DNA of 64,000 bases from an uncultured candidate division Zixibacteria bacterium (GCA_963801605.1 CAWDFP010000006.1:704001-768000); one strand, 5' to 3'. Shown: positions 33,305 through 44,972, counted from the stretch's first letter. A program made the numbers and translations. Notes: generated by a model from the sequence alone, not told the origin.

Positions 33305-33646
33305 TCAGATTGGCTTATTCTTGGAATCTACCTTGACGATTCGAGGCTGAATCTTGGCGGCCTCATCATAGGGCAGAATGCAATAGCTAAGGATAATGAC
33401 CAGATCGCCGGGCTGACCCAGTCTGGCGGCGGCGCCGTTCAGTGTGATTTCGCCGGGTTTGCCCTCGATGGCATAGGTTTCGAAGCGGGCGCCGTTATTA
33501 ATATTGACCACATGGACCAACTCATAGGGCAGGATATTGGCCGATTTCATGAGCTTTTTATCAATAGAGATAGAGCCCTCGTAATTGAGGTCAGCGCCGG
33601 TAATCGAGGCGCGATGAATCTTCGATTTTAATACAGTTACTTGCAT
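33305..33646 (-). CDS. panD: Aspartate 1-decarboxylase
   Basis: [30 protein letters not shown]. Confidence 0.96.
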   Translation of the reverse strand: MQVTVLKSKIHRASITGADLNYEGSISIDKKLMKSANILPYELVHVVNINNGARFETYAIEGKPGEITLNGAAARLGQPGDLVIILSYCILPYDEAAKIQPRIVKVDSKNKPI

Positions 33647-33802
33647 AATTGAGCCGAAATCTAATCAAATTGATACGTATTTGACAAGGGAAAAGAGACC
33701 CAAAATAATCAACTGGCGCCAGGACCATTAAGGCTTTGATAGATTGACGGTTGGGAACCAAATTTGGGATAAATTTCAACCCAGGGAGGACTCAAACTTT
33801 AA

Positions 33803-34207
33803 TTATTGCTCTTCCTCTTGAGTTCCGCCGCTTGCTTCTTCCATGTCAACATCGTCTGCGAGACGGCTGCCGCTTTCGGCAAGCTCGGCAAGAAGCGCCC
33901 TGGCGCGCTCGGCATCCTGCCCGCCAACCTGGATCACCATCTTGTGCTCGTCGAAATAAATATTAGCTCGTCTGTTTGTGATATACACAATACCGGCCTC
34001 GTCGAGAATTTCTTTGGCGATAGCGATATCGGGGCCACTATCGGATTCAAATATTATTATCGAATCGCCCCGGTTCGCAGGTCCCAGGGGATCCGCGCTA
34101 CGCTTATCAGGAATTTCTGGTGGGAGGCTGTAGAGCAGGTCGGCTCCGCAATCGGGACAAATTGTTACTCCCGGATTATATTCATAGCGGCAATTGGGGC
34201 AAATCAT
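33803..34207 (-). CDS. Zn-ribbon + DUF2007 putative signal-transducing protein
   Basis: CPNC-x10-CPDCG; AKEILDEAGI; DAERARALL. Confidence 0.75.
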   Translation of the reverse strand: MICPNCRYEYNPGVTICPDCGADLLYSLPPEIPDKRSADPLGPANRGDSIIIFESDSGPDIAIAKEILDEAGIVYITNRRANIYFDEHKMVIQVGGQDAERARALLAELAESGSRLADDVDMEEASGGTQEEEQ

Positions 34208-34267
34208 ATTGATTGGGTGTCCATCGATTCGTTTCAGCTAAATCGCGAAAGTCCTAATCTTTTCGAA

Positions 34268-34624
34268 TTACCCTTCTTCTTCCGGCGGGATTTCTTCGAT
34301 CATTCCCGATGCCGGCCTACCGTCGGCCAAGGCCTCCAAAATTTCGCGCGCCTGAGCCTCATCGGATCGATCAACTTGAATTTCCACCGGTCCCACGGCC
34401 AGTTGTTCCATGGGAAACTCTCCTTTGGCAACAAAAGAAATCTCAGATTCCTCAAGCAGAGACTTGGCAAGAGCCACGGTGGATAAATCAAGAGTCGTAA
34501 GCACAGTCACAAATTCCGAGTTTTCAGGCGTTTCAGGCGGAAGCTCCTTTACAAGCTGAGCGCCGCAATCGGCACAAACAGTAATTCCTTCCTTGTATTC
34601 GGTTCTGCAATTGGGACAAAACAT
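34268..34624 (-). CDS. Zn-ribbon + DUF2007 putative signal-transducing protein (tandem paralogue)
   Basis: CPNC-x10-CADCG; AKSLLEESEI; IQVDRSDEAQAREIL. Confidence 0.8.
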   Translation of the reverse strand: MFCPNCRTEYKEGITVCADCGAQLVKELPPETPENSEFVTVLTTLDLSTVALAKSLLEESEISFVAKGEFPMEQLAVGPVEIQVDRSDEAQAREILEALADGRPASGMIEEIPPEEEG

Positions 34625-34647
34625 AAATAATCCTTCCTAAATTAATC

Positions 34648-35505
34648 CTACTTAAGTTCTTTAATTACCTTATATATCGCCGAGAAGTCAAGGGTTTCCA
34701 TTTTATCGGAAATTGCTCTGTCGTAAAGCTCTTTGGCCACAACCGATGAATAGAGCGGTCTTTTCTGAGATTTAGCAAGAGCATCAACATACCCTAAGTC
34801 CTTGGAGATCATTGCCACAGAAAAATGCGGGGAGAAATCCTCGGTTAAAAGCTTATCCTTCTTAGCGGTTAAAATCATCGAATTGCCTGCCCCGGCCGAG
34901 AGAATATCGATAATCGTCTTTTTATCTGCGCCGGTATCTTCGCCCAACACCAAAGCCTCTGCAATGGTAGCCATGAAAGATCCCAATACGAAATTGGTGA
35001 CAAGTTTCATTTTGGTGGCCAGGGCTGGTTTTTCAAGATAGAATACCTGCTTGCCAATTTTATGAAGCAGCGGGAGAGCGGTTTCGTACGTTTTATTGTC
35101 GCCGCTTACCAGAACGATCAGGTTTCCTTGCGATGCTGGTATAACGCTGCCCGATACCGGCGCCTCCAGATAAGAAGCCCCTTTCTCGCCAAGCTTTCTA
35201 TAAAATCCCAGGACCGAGTCAAAATGATTAGTGGTGATATCGATTATAACTTTTCCCTGGCAATCGCCCTGCAGGATACCCTGGTCGTTTTCCAGTACCG
35301 CTTTGACCGAATTGCTGTCGGCAAGACAAAGGAAACATATCTGAACTTTGGATATCAGTTCGGCCGGTGATTCTGCGATTTTCGCTTTGAGGCCGTTCAT
35401 TTTCTGGCTGCTACGGTTCCATACAATGAGTTCTTCGCCTTCAGCGACGAGGCGTCCCGCAATCGCCTTGCCAAGGTTCCCCAGTCCGATAAAGCCTATT
35501 GACAT
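34648..35505 (-). CDS. beta-hydroxyacid dehydrogenase family oxidoreductase
   Basis: IGFIGLGNLG, VWNRS, EAPVSGS, KMKLVTN, KDLGY. Confidence 0.9.
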   Translation of the reverse strand: MSIGFIGLGNLGKAIAGRLVAEGEELIVWNRSSQKMNGLKAKIAESPAELISKVQICFLCLADSNSVKAVLENDQGILQGDCQGKVIIDITTNHFDSVLGFYRKLGEKGASYLEAPVSGSVIPASQGNLIVLVSGDNKTYETALPLLHKIGKQVFYLEKPALATKMKLVTNFVLGSFMATIAEALVLGEDTGADKKTIIDILSAGAGNSMILTAKKDKLLTEDFSPHFSVAMISKDLGYVDALAKSQKRPLYSSVVAKELYDRAISDKMETLDFSAIYKVIKELK

Positions 35506-35678
35506 TATTTATATGCCCCTTTCGTTTATTCTAATTTCTCAATTTCTTAACAACGTTATAATACGTAGAACGTTGGAATTTAACAACAGAAACCAACATT
35601 TGAACGAAATCTCATCCTCTATTGTTCTCTATAATTCGACGAGATAGGAATATTGGACGAGATTTTTAAATTGATAAT

Positions 35679-35771
35679 AAAAGCCAGCGGAATCCATCCT
35701 CGGTTTCCGCCGGCCGACACCCCTGATTTCCTTGAAGGAGGTGTTAGGAGAAACAGCAGGAAACACGGCCC
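35679..35771 (-). ncRNA. Candidate structured small RNA or leader ending in an intrinsic terminator
   Basis: GC-rich island in an AT-rich spacer; minus strand GGCCG...CGGCC helix, ACACCUCCU/AGGGGUGU stem, terminator GCCGGCGGAA...UUCCGCUGGC-UUUU. Confidence 0.45.
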
Positions 35772-35889
35772 TGCAATATTTCCCGTCTAATTCCGTAAAC
35801 CACAAAACGGTCCAAATATTTCCCAGAAATTGCCACATAGACCGCTTTTTTATTGAGCAAATTGACAATATTTGGTATAATTAAAAGAT

Positions 35890-36952
35890 ATGAAATTGGT
35901 TTTAGAGAATATTCGTAAGGCATATTCCGGCAAAACGTTGGCCGTTGACGATGTCAGTTTGGAAGTGTCCGAAGGCCAGATGGCAGTCCTGCTTGGACCA
36001 TCCGGTTGTGGCAAAACAACTCTTTTGCGCCTTATATCCGGCCTTGAGGTCCCCGATAGCGGCAGGATTACTCTCGATAACCATGATATTACTGCATGGG
36101 AACCAAAGCGTCGCGATATCGCCATGGTCTTCCAAAATTATGCTTTATATCCTCACATGAGCGTCAAAGGGAATCTCGAATTTGGACTCAGGGCCCGTAA
36201 TGTTGCACAGGAAGAACGGGTAAAATCGGTCGAGTGGGCGGCTAATATGCTGGGCCTTTCCGAACTGCTTAATCGTCAACCAAAAGAGCTTTCCGGCGGG
36301 CAGCGTCAACGAGTGGCTTTGGGACGGGCGATTGTGCGGCGGCCCAAACTTTATCTTTTCGATGAACCTCTATCTAATCTCGATGCCGAATTGCGAATGC
36401 GAATGAGAGGGGAGATATTATCTTTACACCGTCGCGTGGGGGGAACCTCGATTTATGTAACACATGATCAGGTCGAGGCCATGAGTCTGGCAGATATAAT
36501 CTTCATTATGAGGCATGGTAAAATAGTCGCGACCGGATCGCCAAAAGAACTTTATCATAATCCCCCGGATCTTTTCACCGCTGGTTTCCTGGGATTTCCA
36601 GCTATGAATCTTATCGAGGGAAATATTAAGGATAACGTTTTTATTTCATCGATGGGGTTAAAGTTGCCCCTTGTGGCTGCGAAATCCAGGAAGCAAGGCG
36701 CGGTTGTTTTCGGCATTCGGCCCGAGGATGTAACAATAGCCGATAACGGAGATGTAACAGGGGAGATCATTTCAGTCGAAAACCTGGGTCGCCAGGAGCT
36801 ACTGCTTATTCAAACTGATTCAGGAGATAGATTAAAACTTGTGGCAAGCGGAAGTTATTCGATAAACGATAAAATGAAAATTTCTATCGACAGAGAATAA
36901 AGCGTATCTATTCGACAAAGAATCCGGCAAAAAGATACAAGATTCATTTTAG
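35890..36952 (+). CDS. MalK/UgpC-type sugar ABC ATPase; C-terminal frameshift
   Basis: GPSGCGKT, VFQNYALYPHM, LSGGQRQR, DEPLSNLD; corrected end AYLFDKESGKKIQDSF-TAG at 36952. Confidence 0.9.
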
Positions 36953-36961
36953 CGAATTTTC

Positions 36962-37351
36962 CTATTTTATAATTTTATAAATTGTCATAGGGGAGACAAG
37001 AGTCAGAAAGGGCACCATCACCCAGATTCGACCTTTGGCGAGATTGTAATCGGCCAATAGCTTGCTCCAGGGATTCCCAAAAAGATAATGTCCTGCCAGA
37101 AATTCAAACGCCAATGTCAAACTTGTCCAGAGAATCCCAACCAGCAAAAAGGACAATAGGGTGTGGCCCGTTAAATTCGCTTTGACGAAAAAATATGCGA
37201 TGAAAAGAAAGATAGCGCTGAGCAGGATAGTGCTGACAATATGAGCGATGCCCTCCGAAAGAAAGCGCAGCAGTACCAATTGCCGAAATGTTCCGTTCAG
37301 AATTGCCATTATCATGACAATAAACCAAACGCCAATTGCCTTAATTATCAT
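36962..37351 (-). CDS. Small 4-TM membrane protein
   Basis: Hydrophobic; AILNGTFRQ, LAFEFLAGHY, LLADYNL..GRIW. Confidence 0.75.
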   Translation of the reverse strand: MIIKAIGVWFIVMIMAILNGTFRQLVLLRFLSEGIAHIVSTILLSAIFLFIAYFFVKANLTGHTLLSFLLVGILWTSLTLAFEFLAGHYLFGNPWSKLLADYNLAKGRIWVMVPFLTLVSPMTIYKIIK

Positions 37352-37436
37352 AGGTATTAATGATCAGATTGCCCCAGTCGGGTAAGTCCCGTTAAAACGA
37401 ATTGGGCAGACCGTGCGACCTGCCCATTACCGCTAA

Positions 37437-37676
37437 TTAATCTTCTTCGTCCTGTACAGCGACGACGCGCTTGACCTCGGGTACTTGCTGCTTCATCACC
37501 CGCTCGATACCCATCTGAAGTGTCAAAGCTGACATGGGACATCCTTTGCAGGCTCCTACCAGTTTAACCTTAACGATTCCCTGATCTTCTATTACATCTA
37601 TAAGCTCAACGTCACCGCCATCGGCCTGCAACGAGCCCCGAAGCGAATCCAAGACTTGCACGACTTTCTCTCTCAA
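37437..37676 (-). CDS. NifU C-terminal (Nfu) Fe-S carrier
   Basis: LQADGGDVEL, GACKGCPMS. Confidence 0.9.
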   Translation of the reverse strand: MREKVVQVLDSLRGSLQADGGDVELIDVIEDQGIVKVKLVGACKGCPMSALTLQMGIERVMKQQVPEVKRVVAVQDEED

Positions 37677-37869
37677 CGCTAACTCCTTAAAAAACCTAAC
37701 CTTACTTCAACTGGCCTAACCCTTTTGAGGTTGTTGGCCAGGCCCAAATATAATCGGTTTGAATTCGTAATGCAAGATAATAGACCCGTATATTTGCCAC
37801 CATTCCGAAGACTCATTCTGATTATGAGGACATCAATTATTCTGTTCGACTTGGGAAAATTTATTTTTC

Positions 37870-39808
37870 CTATCCCTCAGATTTCAGAAATATCACTGAA
37901 AGCGATGGCAGCGTCAACGAAAGCGAAAACGGCCGGCCCTGCATCGGAGATTCGACCGCCTCGGCGCCACCGGCATTGTTTACTGCCGCGCCGCCAAAAC
38001 GCTCATCATCACTATTCAATATCTCTTTCCAGAAACCACCACGCGGCACACCCAGAGTAGTAATTGTCGCGTTGAACCGGAGTAAAATTGCAGACAATCA
38101 GGAAAATATCCGATGTCGTCTTTCCCTTTCTGATAAAACTAATGACGCTCGATTCCCAATCCTGGAAATCGATCCATTCAAATCCGGCGCGTTCGAAATC
38201 AAGTTCATAGAGAGCTTTTTCATTTTTATAAAGATAGTTGAGTTCCCGCACCCATTCCTGCATCCCTTTATGAGGAGCATATTGCAGCAGATGCCAGTCG
38301 AGACTGGCCTCATGGTACCACTCGTTCCACTGACCGAATTCGCCACCCATGAAAAGAAGCTTTTTACCGGGATGACCATACATATATCCCAGGAGCGCCC
38401 GAAGGTTGGAGAACTTTTGCCAGAAATCTCCCGGCATTTTACCGAGAAGAGAACCTTTGCCATAGACTACTTCATCGTGAGAAAGGGAGAGCACGAAATT
38501 CTCATAGAAGGCATACCAAATTGAAAAGGTGAGCTGTCCGTGATGAAATTTTCTATATAAAGGGTCTTTGCTGATATAATCGAGCGTATCGTGCATCCAA
38601 CCCATATTCCATTTGAGGCCAAACCCCAGGCCGCCGGCATAAGTCGGGCGGGTGACCATCGGATAAGCGGTTGATTCCTCGGCCAATGTAAGTGTATCGG
38701 GGTAGTTGCCGTAAATAACTTCATTAAGCCTTTTTAGCAGGGAGATGGCTTCGAGATTTTCCCGTCCGCCGAACTCGTTGGGTATCCATTCACCTTCATT
38801 GCGGGAATAATCTAAATAGAGAATAGAAGCCACGGCATCGACCCTGATGCCATCGATATGATATTTATCGAGCCAGAAAAGAGCGCTGGAGATCAGGAAA
38901 GAACGTACCTCGTTACGGCCGTAGTTGAAAATATAACTATTCCAGTCGGGATGGAATCCCTTGCGCATATCAGCATGTTCATAAAGATGAGTGCCATCGA
39001 AATAAACCAGGCCGTGCTGATCCGATGGGAAATGGGACGGGACCCAGTCCAGGATGACACCGATATTGCGTTGATGGAGTGCATCGATCAAATACATTAA
39101 GTCTTGCGGAGTGCCGAAACGACTTGTAGGCGCAAAGTATCCGGTGGTCTGATACCCCCATGAACCATAAAAAGGATGTTCGGTAATCGGTAGAAATTCC
39201 ACATGAGTAAAACCGATATCGTTGACGTATTCGCTCAAGGAGTCGCCCAGTTCACGGTAGGTCAACCAGCGATTCCCCTCCTCAGGATTTCGTTTCCAGG
39301 AGCCGGCGTGGACTTCATAAGCAGCGATCGGGCTCGATAAGGAATTATGCGCTCCGCGCGTCATAAGCCAATCGGAATCCTGCCATTTATAGCGAAGGTC
39401 CCAGACGACCGAAGCAGTTTTAGGTGGCGTCTCGCAGTGAAATGCAAAAGGGTCAGCCTTCTCAACGGTGTAACCATGATTTTTCGAGATGATATGATAT
39501 TTATATAAAGCCCCATTGGTAACGCCGGGAATAAATCCCTCCCAAATTCCCGAGGCATCCCATCTGACACCGAGCAGATGCGCTCCCGGATTCCATCCGT
39601 TAAAATCACCAACCACAGAAACCCGGGCGGCATTAGGCGCCCAAACCGCAAAAAACGTCCCTGTTACGCCGTCAACTTCCCCAAGATGGGATCCAAGTTT
39701 TTCATATAGCCGAAAGTGGTTACCTTCTTTGAAAAGATATATATCCTGGTCGGTCAAGAGGCTCTTAAGGATTACTGTTCCTACGGGGGGCATATCCGCT
39801 GTTTTCAT
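37870..39808 (-). CDS. glgB: 1,4-alpha-glucan branching enzyme; frameshift near 38058
   Basis: [41 protein letters not shown]-terminus in the 37870-38097 ORF. Confidence 0.95.
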
Positions 39809-40353
39809 TGTGGTCCTTTTACTGGTTTGCCGGTTAAGGTATCTGTGAACATCAGATACGCTAAGGATGGAATTTCGTTTCAGCTATCTTTTGACTATAT
39901 TATCGGTCACATCTTGATTTTGCCACCTAATCATTATATTGCCTCAAGTTATTAGCATCTTCCCAATATTAAAACAACCTCAAATTTTACACGCAACGAT
40001 TATAATTGCTTTGATCACCCGCGATGTTCCGAAAAATATGATCGAACATCGAATCATTTATTCAATTGGGGGAAATTATTTTCTCATGGAAATATAAGGC
40101 GTTTATAAGATGAGTATACCAAAACTCGGCGCGGATTCTATATAATGACCTTAAGTATAAGTCAGGTAAAATAATAATTAGGCAATAAAACACGTTTTTA
40201 ATGCGGGGATTTCATCATATTGCGCGCCCGCAATTTTATAAGTCTATGTTATATTATAAATTATATGGAAAACAGAGAAACGTTTTCAGTCTCTATAAAC
40301 GAATATTAATTAGGGGGTTATTGCGAATTTTTCCCAATTAGAACTTGAAATTA

Positions 40354-40426
40354 TTGCTATTTTTTTCACAATCCTATTGACTTTTTTCCCTTGCATCTTT
40401 ATTATGGCTTGTGAAAGGAGTCACAA
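40354..40426 (+). promoter_or_regulatory. Hydrogenase promoter with Rex/CRP-type operator(s)
   Basis: TTGACT-17-TATTAT (40377-40405); TTGTGAA-AGGA-GTCACAA (40409-40426); weaker TTGCTAT-TTTT-TTCACAA (40354-40371). Confidence 0.7.
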
Positions 40427-41607
40427 TGTCAGTTCAGCATGCTAAACCGGGCGACAGAATTACAATAAACCTAAACGACTTACAGGGCCTCATCGATACG
40501 CTAGCCAAAAGCGGATACCGGAATATTGGGCCTACTAAGCGTGACGAAGCTATTGTATATGACGATATTTCTCGGATATCCGACCTTCCTAAGGGTTGGA
40601 CCGATGAGCAGAATAACGCCACCTATCGCCTTTTAAAACGCCCCGATGAAGCGCTTTTCGGCTACAGTCTCGGCGTTCAGTCGTGGAAACGATTCTTACA
40701 TCAACCAACCAGGCAAATTTGGGCGGCGACTAAGGATCGTCAGGGGTTTAAGATCGAGGATAATGTTAAAGATTTTCCCAAGATGGCCTTCATTGGCGTT
40801 CGGCCATGCGAACTAAGCGCCATTGCCATACTTGATAAAGTCTTAATTGATGGACCTTACCGCGATCAATCCTACGCTTCGCTTCGCAAAAAAGTCTTCG
40901 TGGTGGCGGTAAATTGCTCTCATGCCTGCGGAACCTGTTTTTGTGTATCCATGAAAACCGGTCCCAAAGCTATATCAGGTTTCGATCTGGCCCTGACCGA
41001 ACTTATAGATAACGATACTCATCAGTTTTTGGTTGAGGTGGGAAGCGATAGCGGCGCCGAAGCCATTTCCACGCTTCGCGGACGCAATGCCACTCAGTCT
41101 GAAATCGATGCCGCCGAGGCAATCACATTACAGACTGCCAAACAGATGGGACGATCAATCGATACCGCCGATATAAAGGAGATATTATATCGCAACTACG
41201 ATAATCCTCAATGGGATGCGGTTGCCAAAAGATGTCTCACCTGCGGTAACTGTACTATGGTTTGCCCCACCTGTTTCTGCACCACAGTTGAGGATTCCAC
41301 CGATCTCTTGGGCAGCCGCGCAGAACGCACTCAGAAATGGGATTCATGCTATACGATAGAATATTCATATATTCATGGCGGCAGTATCAGAACCTCGACC
41401 AAATCGCGATACCGTCAATGGGCAACCCATAAAATCGCTGCCTGGCATGACCAGTTCGGAAGCTCTGGTTGTGTAGGCTGTGGGCGTTGTATAACCTGGT
41501 GCCCGGCCGCTATCGATATTACAGAGGAGGTCCGCGCAATTCGCGAAAGCGAACGGACTGCTATGGCGACAGTCAAAGTGAAGGAGGGCAGTAATGCAAA
41601 CAATTGA
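40426..41607 (+). CDS. hydB: Group 3b [NiFe]-hydrogenase beta (4Fe-4S) subunit
   Basis: [41 protein letters not shown]. Confidence 0.9.
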   Translation: MSVQHAKPGDRITINLNDLQGLIDTLAKSGYRNIGPTKRDEAIVYDDISRISDLPKGWTDEQNNATYRLLKRPDEALFGYSLGVQSWKRFLHQPTRQIWAATKDRQGFKIEDNVKDFPKMAFIGVRPCELSAIAILDKVLIDGPYRDQSYASLRKKVFVVAVNCSHACGTCFCVSMKTGPKAISGFDLALTELIDNDTHQFLVEVGSDSGAEAISTLRGRNATQSEIDAAEAITLQTAKQMGRSIDTADIKEILYRNYDNPQWDAVAKRCLTCGNCTMVCPTCFCTTVEDSTDLLGSRAERTQKWDSCYTIEYSYIHGGSIRTSTKSRYRQWATHKIAAWHDQFGSSGCVGCGRCITWCPAAIDITEEVRAIRESERTAMATVKVKEGSNANN

Positions 41608-42049
41608 GCCGTTGCTGGCGGGACATCCCTTTTTCAGGGGCCTCGATCCCAAACATTTACAACTAATCGTTGGATGCTCATCCAATGTGGTATTTAATCC
41701 CGGCCAATTTCTATTTCGCGAGGGTGAAGAGGCCAACACTTTCTACATCCTAAGGAGTGGGCGGGTAAAAGTGGAAACTTTTTCGCCGCAACATGGCCCG
41801 ATTACAATCCAGACCGAGGGCGAAGGGGAAATCTTGGGCTGGTCATGGCTGGTACCGCCTTACCATTGGCGCTTTGATGCCGAGGCGGTGGAACAGACTC
41901 GCGCTATCGCCATCGATGGCAAATGCCTTCGAGAAAAATGTGAGACTGATCACAATTTGGGATATGAATTAATGAAGCGCTTTGCGCTGATAATCGCTGA
42001 ACGACTTGAGGCCACCAGGCTTCAACTATTGGATATTTATGGCAAATAG
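41594..42049 (+). CDS. Stand-alone cyclic-nucleotide-binding domain protein (no HTH)
   Basis: [22 protein letters not shown]; 151 aa; overlaps both neighbours. Confidence 0.88.
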   Translation: MQTIEPLLAGHPFFRGLDPKHLQLIVGCSSNVVFNPGQFLFREGEEANTFYILRSGRVKVETFSPQHGPITIQTEGEGEILGWSWLVPPYHWRFDAEAVEQTRAIAIDGKCLREKCETDHNLGYELMKRFALIIAERLEATRLQLLDIYGK

Positions 42050-42908
42050 AATAGAAAAACAAAATGTGGCGCAGGAGGACACTAGGGACCCCATGATGAC
42101 ATTTCCTTATTATGTCCAGAGGTTGCGTCATGAGACCTACGATACCTTCACCTTAGAGCTGAAGCCGGCCAGGGACCAGGAAATTGGCCCTTTTGCTGCC
42201 GGGCAGTTTAATATGCTCTATATTTTCGGACTTGGTGAGGTACCGATCTCAATTAGCGGGGACCCTGGCAACCCCGATCGTTTGATCCACACCACCAGGG
42301 CGGTTGGGCCGGTAACCAAAGCCATGAGAAAGCTTAGACGCGGCAATATGCTTGGCGTGCGCGGCCCCTTTGGCACCAATTGGCCGGTTGATAAGGCCGT
42401 TGGTAAGGATGTAATGATTGTCGCCGGCGGCATCGGCCTGGCTCCGCTTCGTCCCGCTCTTTATCACATCTTAAATCATCGGGATGATTACGGCAAGGTC
42501 TGTCTGCTTTATGGCGCCAGAACGCCTGAAGATCTCCTCTATACTCGCGAACTGGAAAAATGGCGCTCCCGCCTCGATCTCGAGGTTCTTATCACGGTCG
42601 ACCGCGCTGTCGGAGAGTGGAAAGGCAATGTGGGAGTGGTAACCACCCTAATTCCCAAATCTTCCGCCGATCCGAAAAATACGGTTGCCATGGTTTGCGG
42701 CCCGGAGATCATGATGCGATTTACATTACTGGAACTTCAAAAACGCGGCCTGGCCAGCAAGGACATATACATTTCCATGGAGCGCAATATGAAGTGCGGC
42801 CTGGGAGTTTGCGGACACTGTCAGCTTGGCGGGGTCTTTGTTTGCAAGGATGGGCCCGTGTTTCCTTATGACAACCTAAAAGATGTGATAGCAAAGCGAG
42901 AGATTTAA
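42039..42908 (+). CDS. hydG: Hydrogenase gamma (FAD/NAD(P), 2Fe-2S) subunit
   Basis: [36 protein letters not shown]...CKDGPV. Confidence 0.9.
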   Translation: MANRIEKQNVAQEDTRDPMMTFPYYVQRLRHETYDTFTLELKPARDQEIGPFAAGQFNMLYIFGLGEVPISISGDPGNPDRLIHTTRAVGPVTKAMRKLRRGNMLGVRGPFGTNWPVDKAVGKDVMIVAGGIGLAPLRPALYHILNHRDDYGKVCLLYGARTPEDLLYTRELEKWRSRLDLEVLITVDRAVGEWKGNVGVVTTLIPKSSADPKNTVAMVCGPEIMMRFTLLELQKRGLASKDIYISMERNMKCGLGVCGHCQLGGVFVCKDGPVFPYDNLKDVIAKREI

Positions 42909-42909
42909 T

Positions 42910-43689
42910 ATGGCCCGTAAACCTAAACCAAAACTTGCCGTTTGGAAATTTTCCTCCTGCGATGGTTGCCAGCTAAGCCTTCTCGATTGCGAAGACGAGC
43001 TTCTGACGGTTGCAGGGGCGATAACGATAGCCAATTTCCCCGAGGCCTCGCGGGCAGTAGTCAAGGGGCCGTATGATGTCTCATTGGTAGAAGGCTCTAT
43101 CACCACTCCGCATGATGCCGAACGTATTCATAAAGTGCGTCGCGCCTCGAAATTTCTGGTGACCATTGGGGCTTGTGCTACCGCCGGAGGAATTCAGGCT
43201 CTTAAAAATTTCAAGGACGTTAAAGATTTTATTTCTATCGTTTATGCCAACCCGCAGTATATCGAAACCCTAAAGAAATCTACGGCCATCTCCGATCACG
43301 TTCCAGTCGATTTCGAACTGCGCGGTTGCCCCATTAATAAATACCAGCTCGTCGAGGTGTTGAGCGCCTATCTAAATGGACGAAAGCCTAATACGCCGCC
43401 TCATAGCGTATGTATGGAGTGCAAAAGAAAAGGCACTGTTTGCGTCATGGTGGCTCGTGGTATTCCCTGCCTGGGCCCGGTAACTCATGCCGGCTGTGGT
43501 GCAATATGCCCGTCATATAACCGTGGTTGCTTCGCGTGCTTTGGACCTAAAGAAACACCCAATACCGCCTCGATGGCTGAGCGTTTCCATGAGTTAGGAG
43601 TTTGGAAACCTGACGTGGTACGCGCTTTCCGCGGGTATAATGCTTATGCTGAACCATTCCGTAAAGAGAGTGAATCGCATGAAAAGTAG
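42910..43689 (+). CDS. hydD: Hydrogenase delta (small) subunit
   Basis: [36 protein letters not shown]. Confidence 0.9.
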   Translation: MARKPKPKLAVWKFSSCDGCQLSLLDCEDELLTVAGAITIANFPEASRAVVKGPYDVSLVEGSITTPHDAERIHKVRRASKFLVTIGACATAGGIQALKNFKDVKDFISIVYANPQYIETLKKSTAISDHVPVDFELRGCPINKYQLVEVLSAYLNGRKPNTPPHSVCMECKRKGTVCVMVARGIPCLGPVTHAGCGAICPSYNRGCFACFGPKETPNTASMAERFHELGVWKPDVVRAFRGYNAYAEPFRKESESHEK

Positions 43690-44969
43690 GACGATTAAAG
43701 TAGATTACCTGGCCCGTGTCGAAGGCGAAGGGGCCTTGTTCGTAAAAATAAAAGACAACGCCGTTTCTGATGTCAGATTAGAAATCTTTGAGCCGCCGCG
43801 TTTCTTCGAGGCTTTCCTTCGCGGCAGAAAATTCAGCGAGGCTCCCGATATTACCTCCCGGATCTGTGGCATCTGCCCGGTTGCGTATCAGATGAGCTCC
43901 ATCAACGCTATGGAAACTGCATTTGGAGTACATGTCGATAGCCAAATCCGCGCCCTGCGCCGACTACTGTACTGCGGCGAGTGGATTGAAAGCCACGCCC
44001 TGCATATCTATATGCTTCATGCGCCGGATTTCCTGGGATATGAAGATGCTATCCAGATGGCAAAGGATCACCCACAGGCGGTTATTAAGGCCCTGGAGCT
44101 AAAAAAGCTCGGCAACGATATCATGATTACTCTTGGGCGGTCGGGAAATTCATCCCATGAATGCACGCGTTGGCGGCTTCTACCGCGTACCGCATAAGAG
44201 TGAATTAGCTCCATTTGTGGAACGTCTCAAACGCGCCATCGATCTTTCGGTTGAAACTGTGAAGCTTGTAGCTACTTTTCCCTTCCCCGATTTCGAACAG
44301 GATTATGAATTTGTGGCGCTGCGTCATCCCGATGAATATGCCATCACCGAAGGACGACTCGTTTCTAATAAGGGACTCGATATTCCCATTAGCGATTATG
44401 AGCGTCATTTTGCTGAAGAACACGTAGCCCACGCCAACGCTTTGCACTCGGTGCATATCGGTGTCGGCAACTATTTTGTTGGTCCTCTGGCTCGTTATGC
44501 TCTCAACTATGATAGGCTCACGCCGCTTGCCAAAGAGACAGCCAAAGCGGTTGGCCTTGGCAAGGAGTGCAAAAACCCCTTCAAGAGCATCATTGTCAGA
44601 AGCGTTGAGACAATCTATGCCTGTCAGGAAGCGCTGCGGTTAATTAACGAATATGAAGAGCCCGAGAAGCCGGCGGTCGAAGTCGAACCGCGGGCTGCGA
44701 TAGGTTACGGTTGTACAGAGGCCCCCAGGGGCATCCTCTACCACCGTTATCGTATCGATGAGCATGGCGATATTCTTGATGCCAAGATTGTGCCTCCCAC
44801 ATCCCAGAATCAGAAGACGATTGAGAAAGATCTCTGGCATTTTGTAAATAAGAACATCGATCTTCCCAAGGATAAGCTTACCTGGCAATGCGAGCAGGCC
44901 ATTCGCAACTACGATCCGTGTATCTCCTGCGCCACGCATTTTATTAAGCTTGAAATTTCGCGGGAGTAA
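43679..44969 (+). CDS. hydA: [NiFe]-hydrogenase alpha (large) subunit; frameshift near 44136
   Basis: ARVEGEG, L1 RICGICP, L2 DPCISCATH with C-terminal extension; one extra G in the LGGREIHP codons. Confidence 0.92.
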
Positions 44970-44972
44970 CGT

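Noticed and set aside
33806..34486. 226-aa plus-strand ORF and other long antisense ORFs (e.g. 24802-25359, 37976-38524, 10890-11417)
   Set aside because: Shadows of well-supported genes on the opposite strand, with no motifs
35679..35771. HDV-like ribozyme (GGCCG...CGGCC-GG-hairpin-C)
   Set aside because: No P2 partner for the 3' tail and no P3/L3 consensus
44125..44145. Programmed frameshift in hydA
   Set aside because: No slippery heptamer; same pattern as the window-wide insertion errors
44905..44945. Selenocysteine [NiFeSe] hydrogenase
   Set aside because: The L2 motif is DPCISC with ordinary Cys codons
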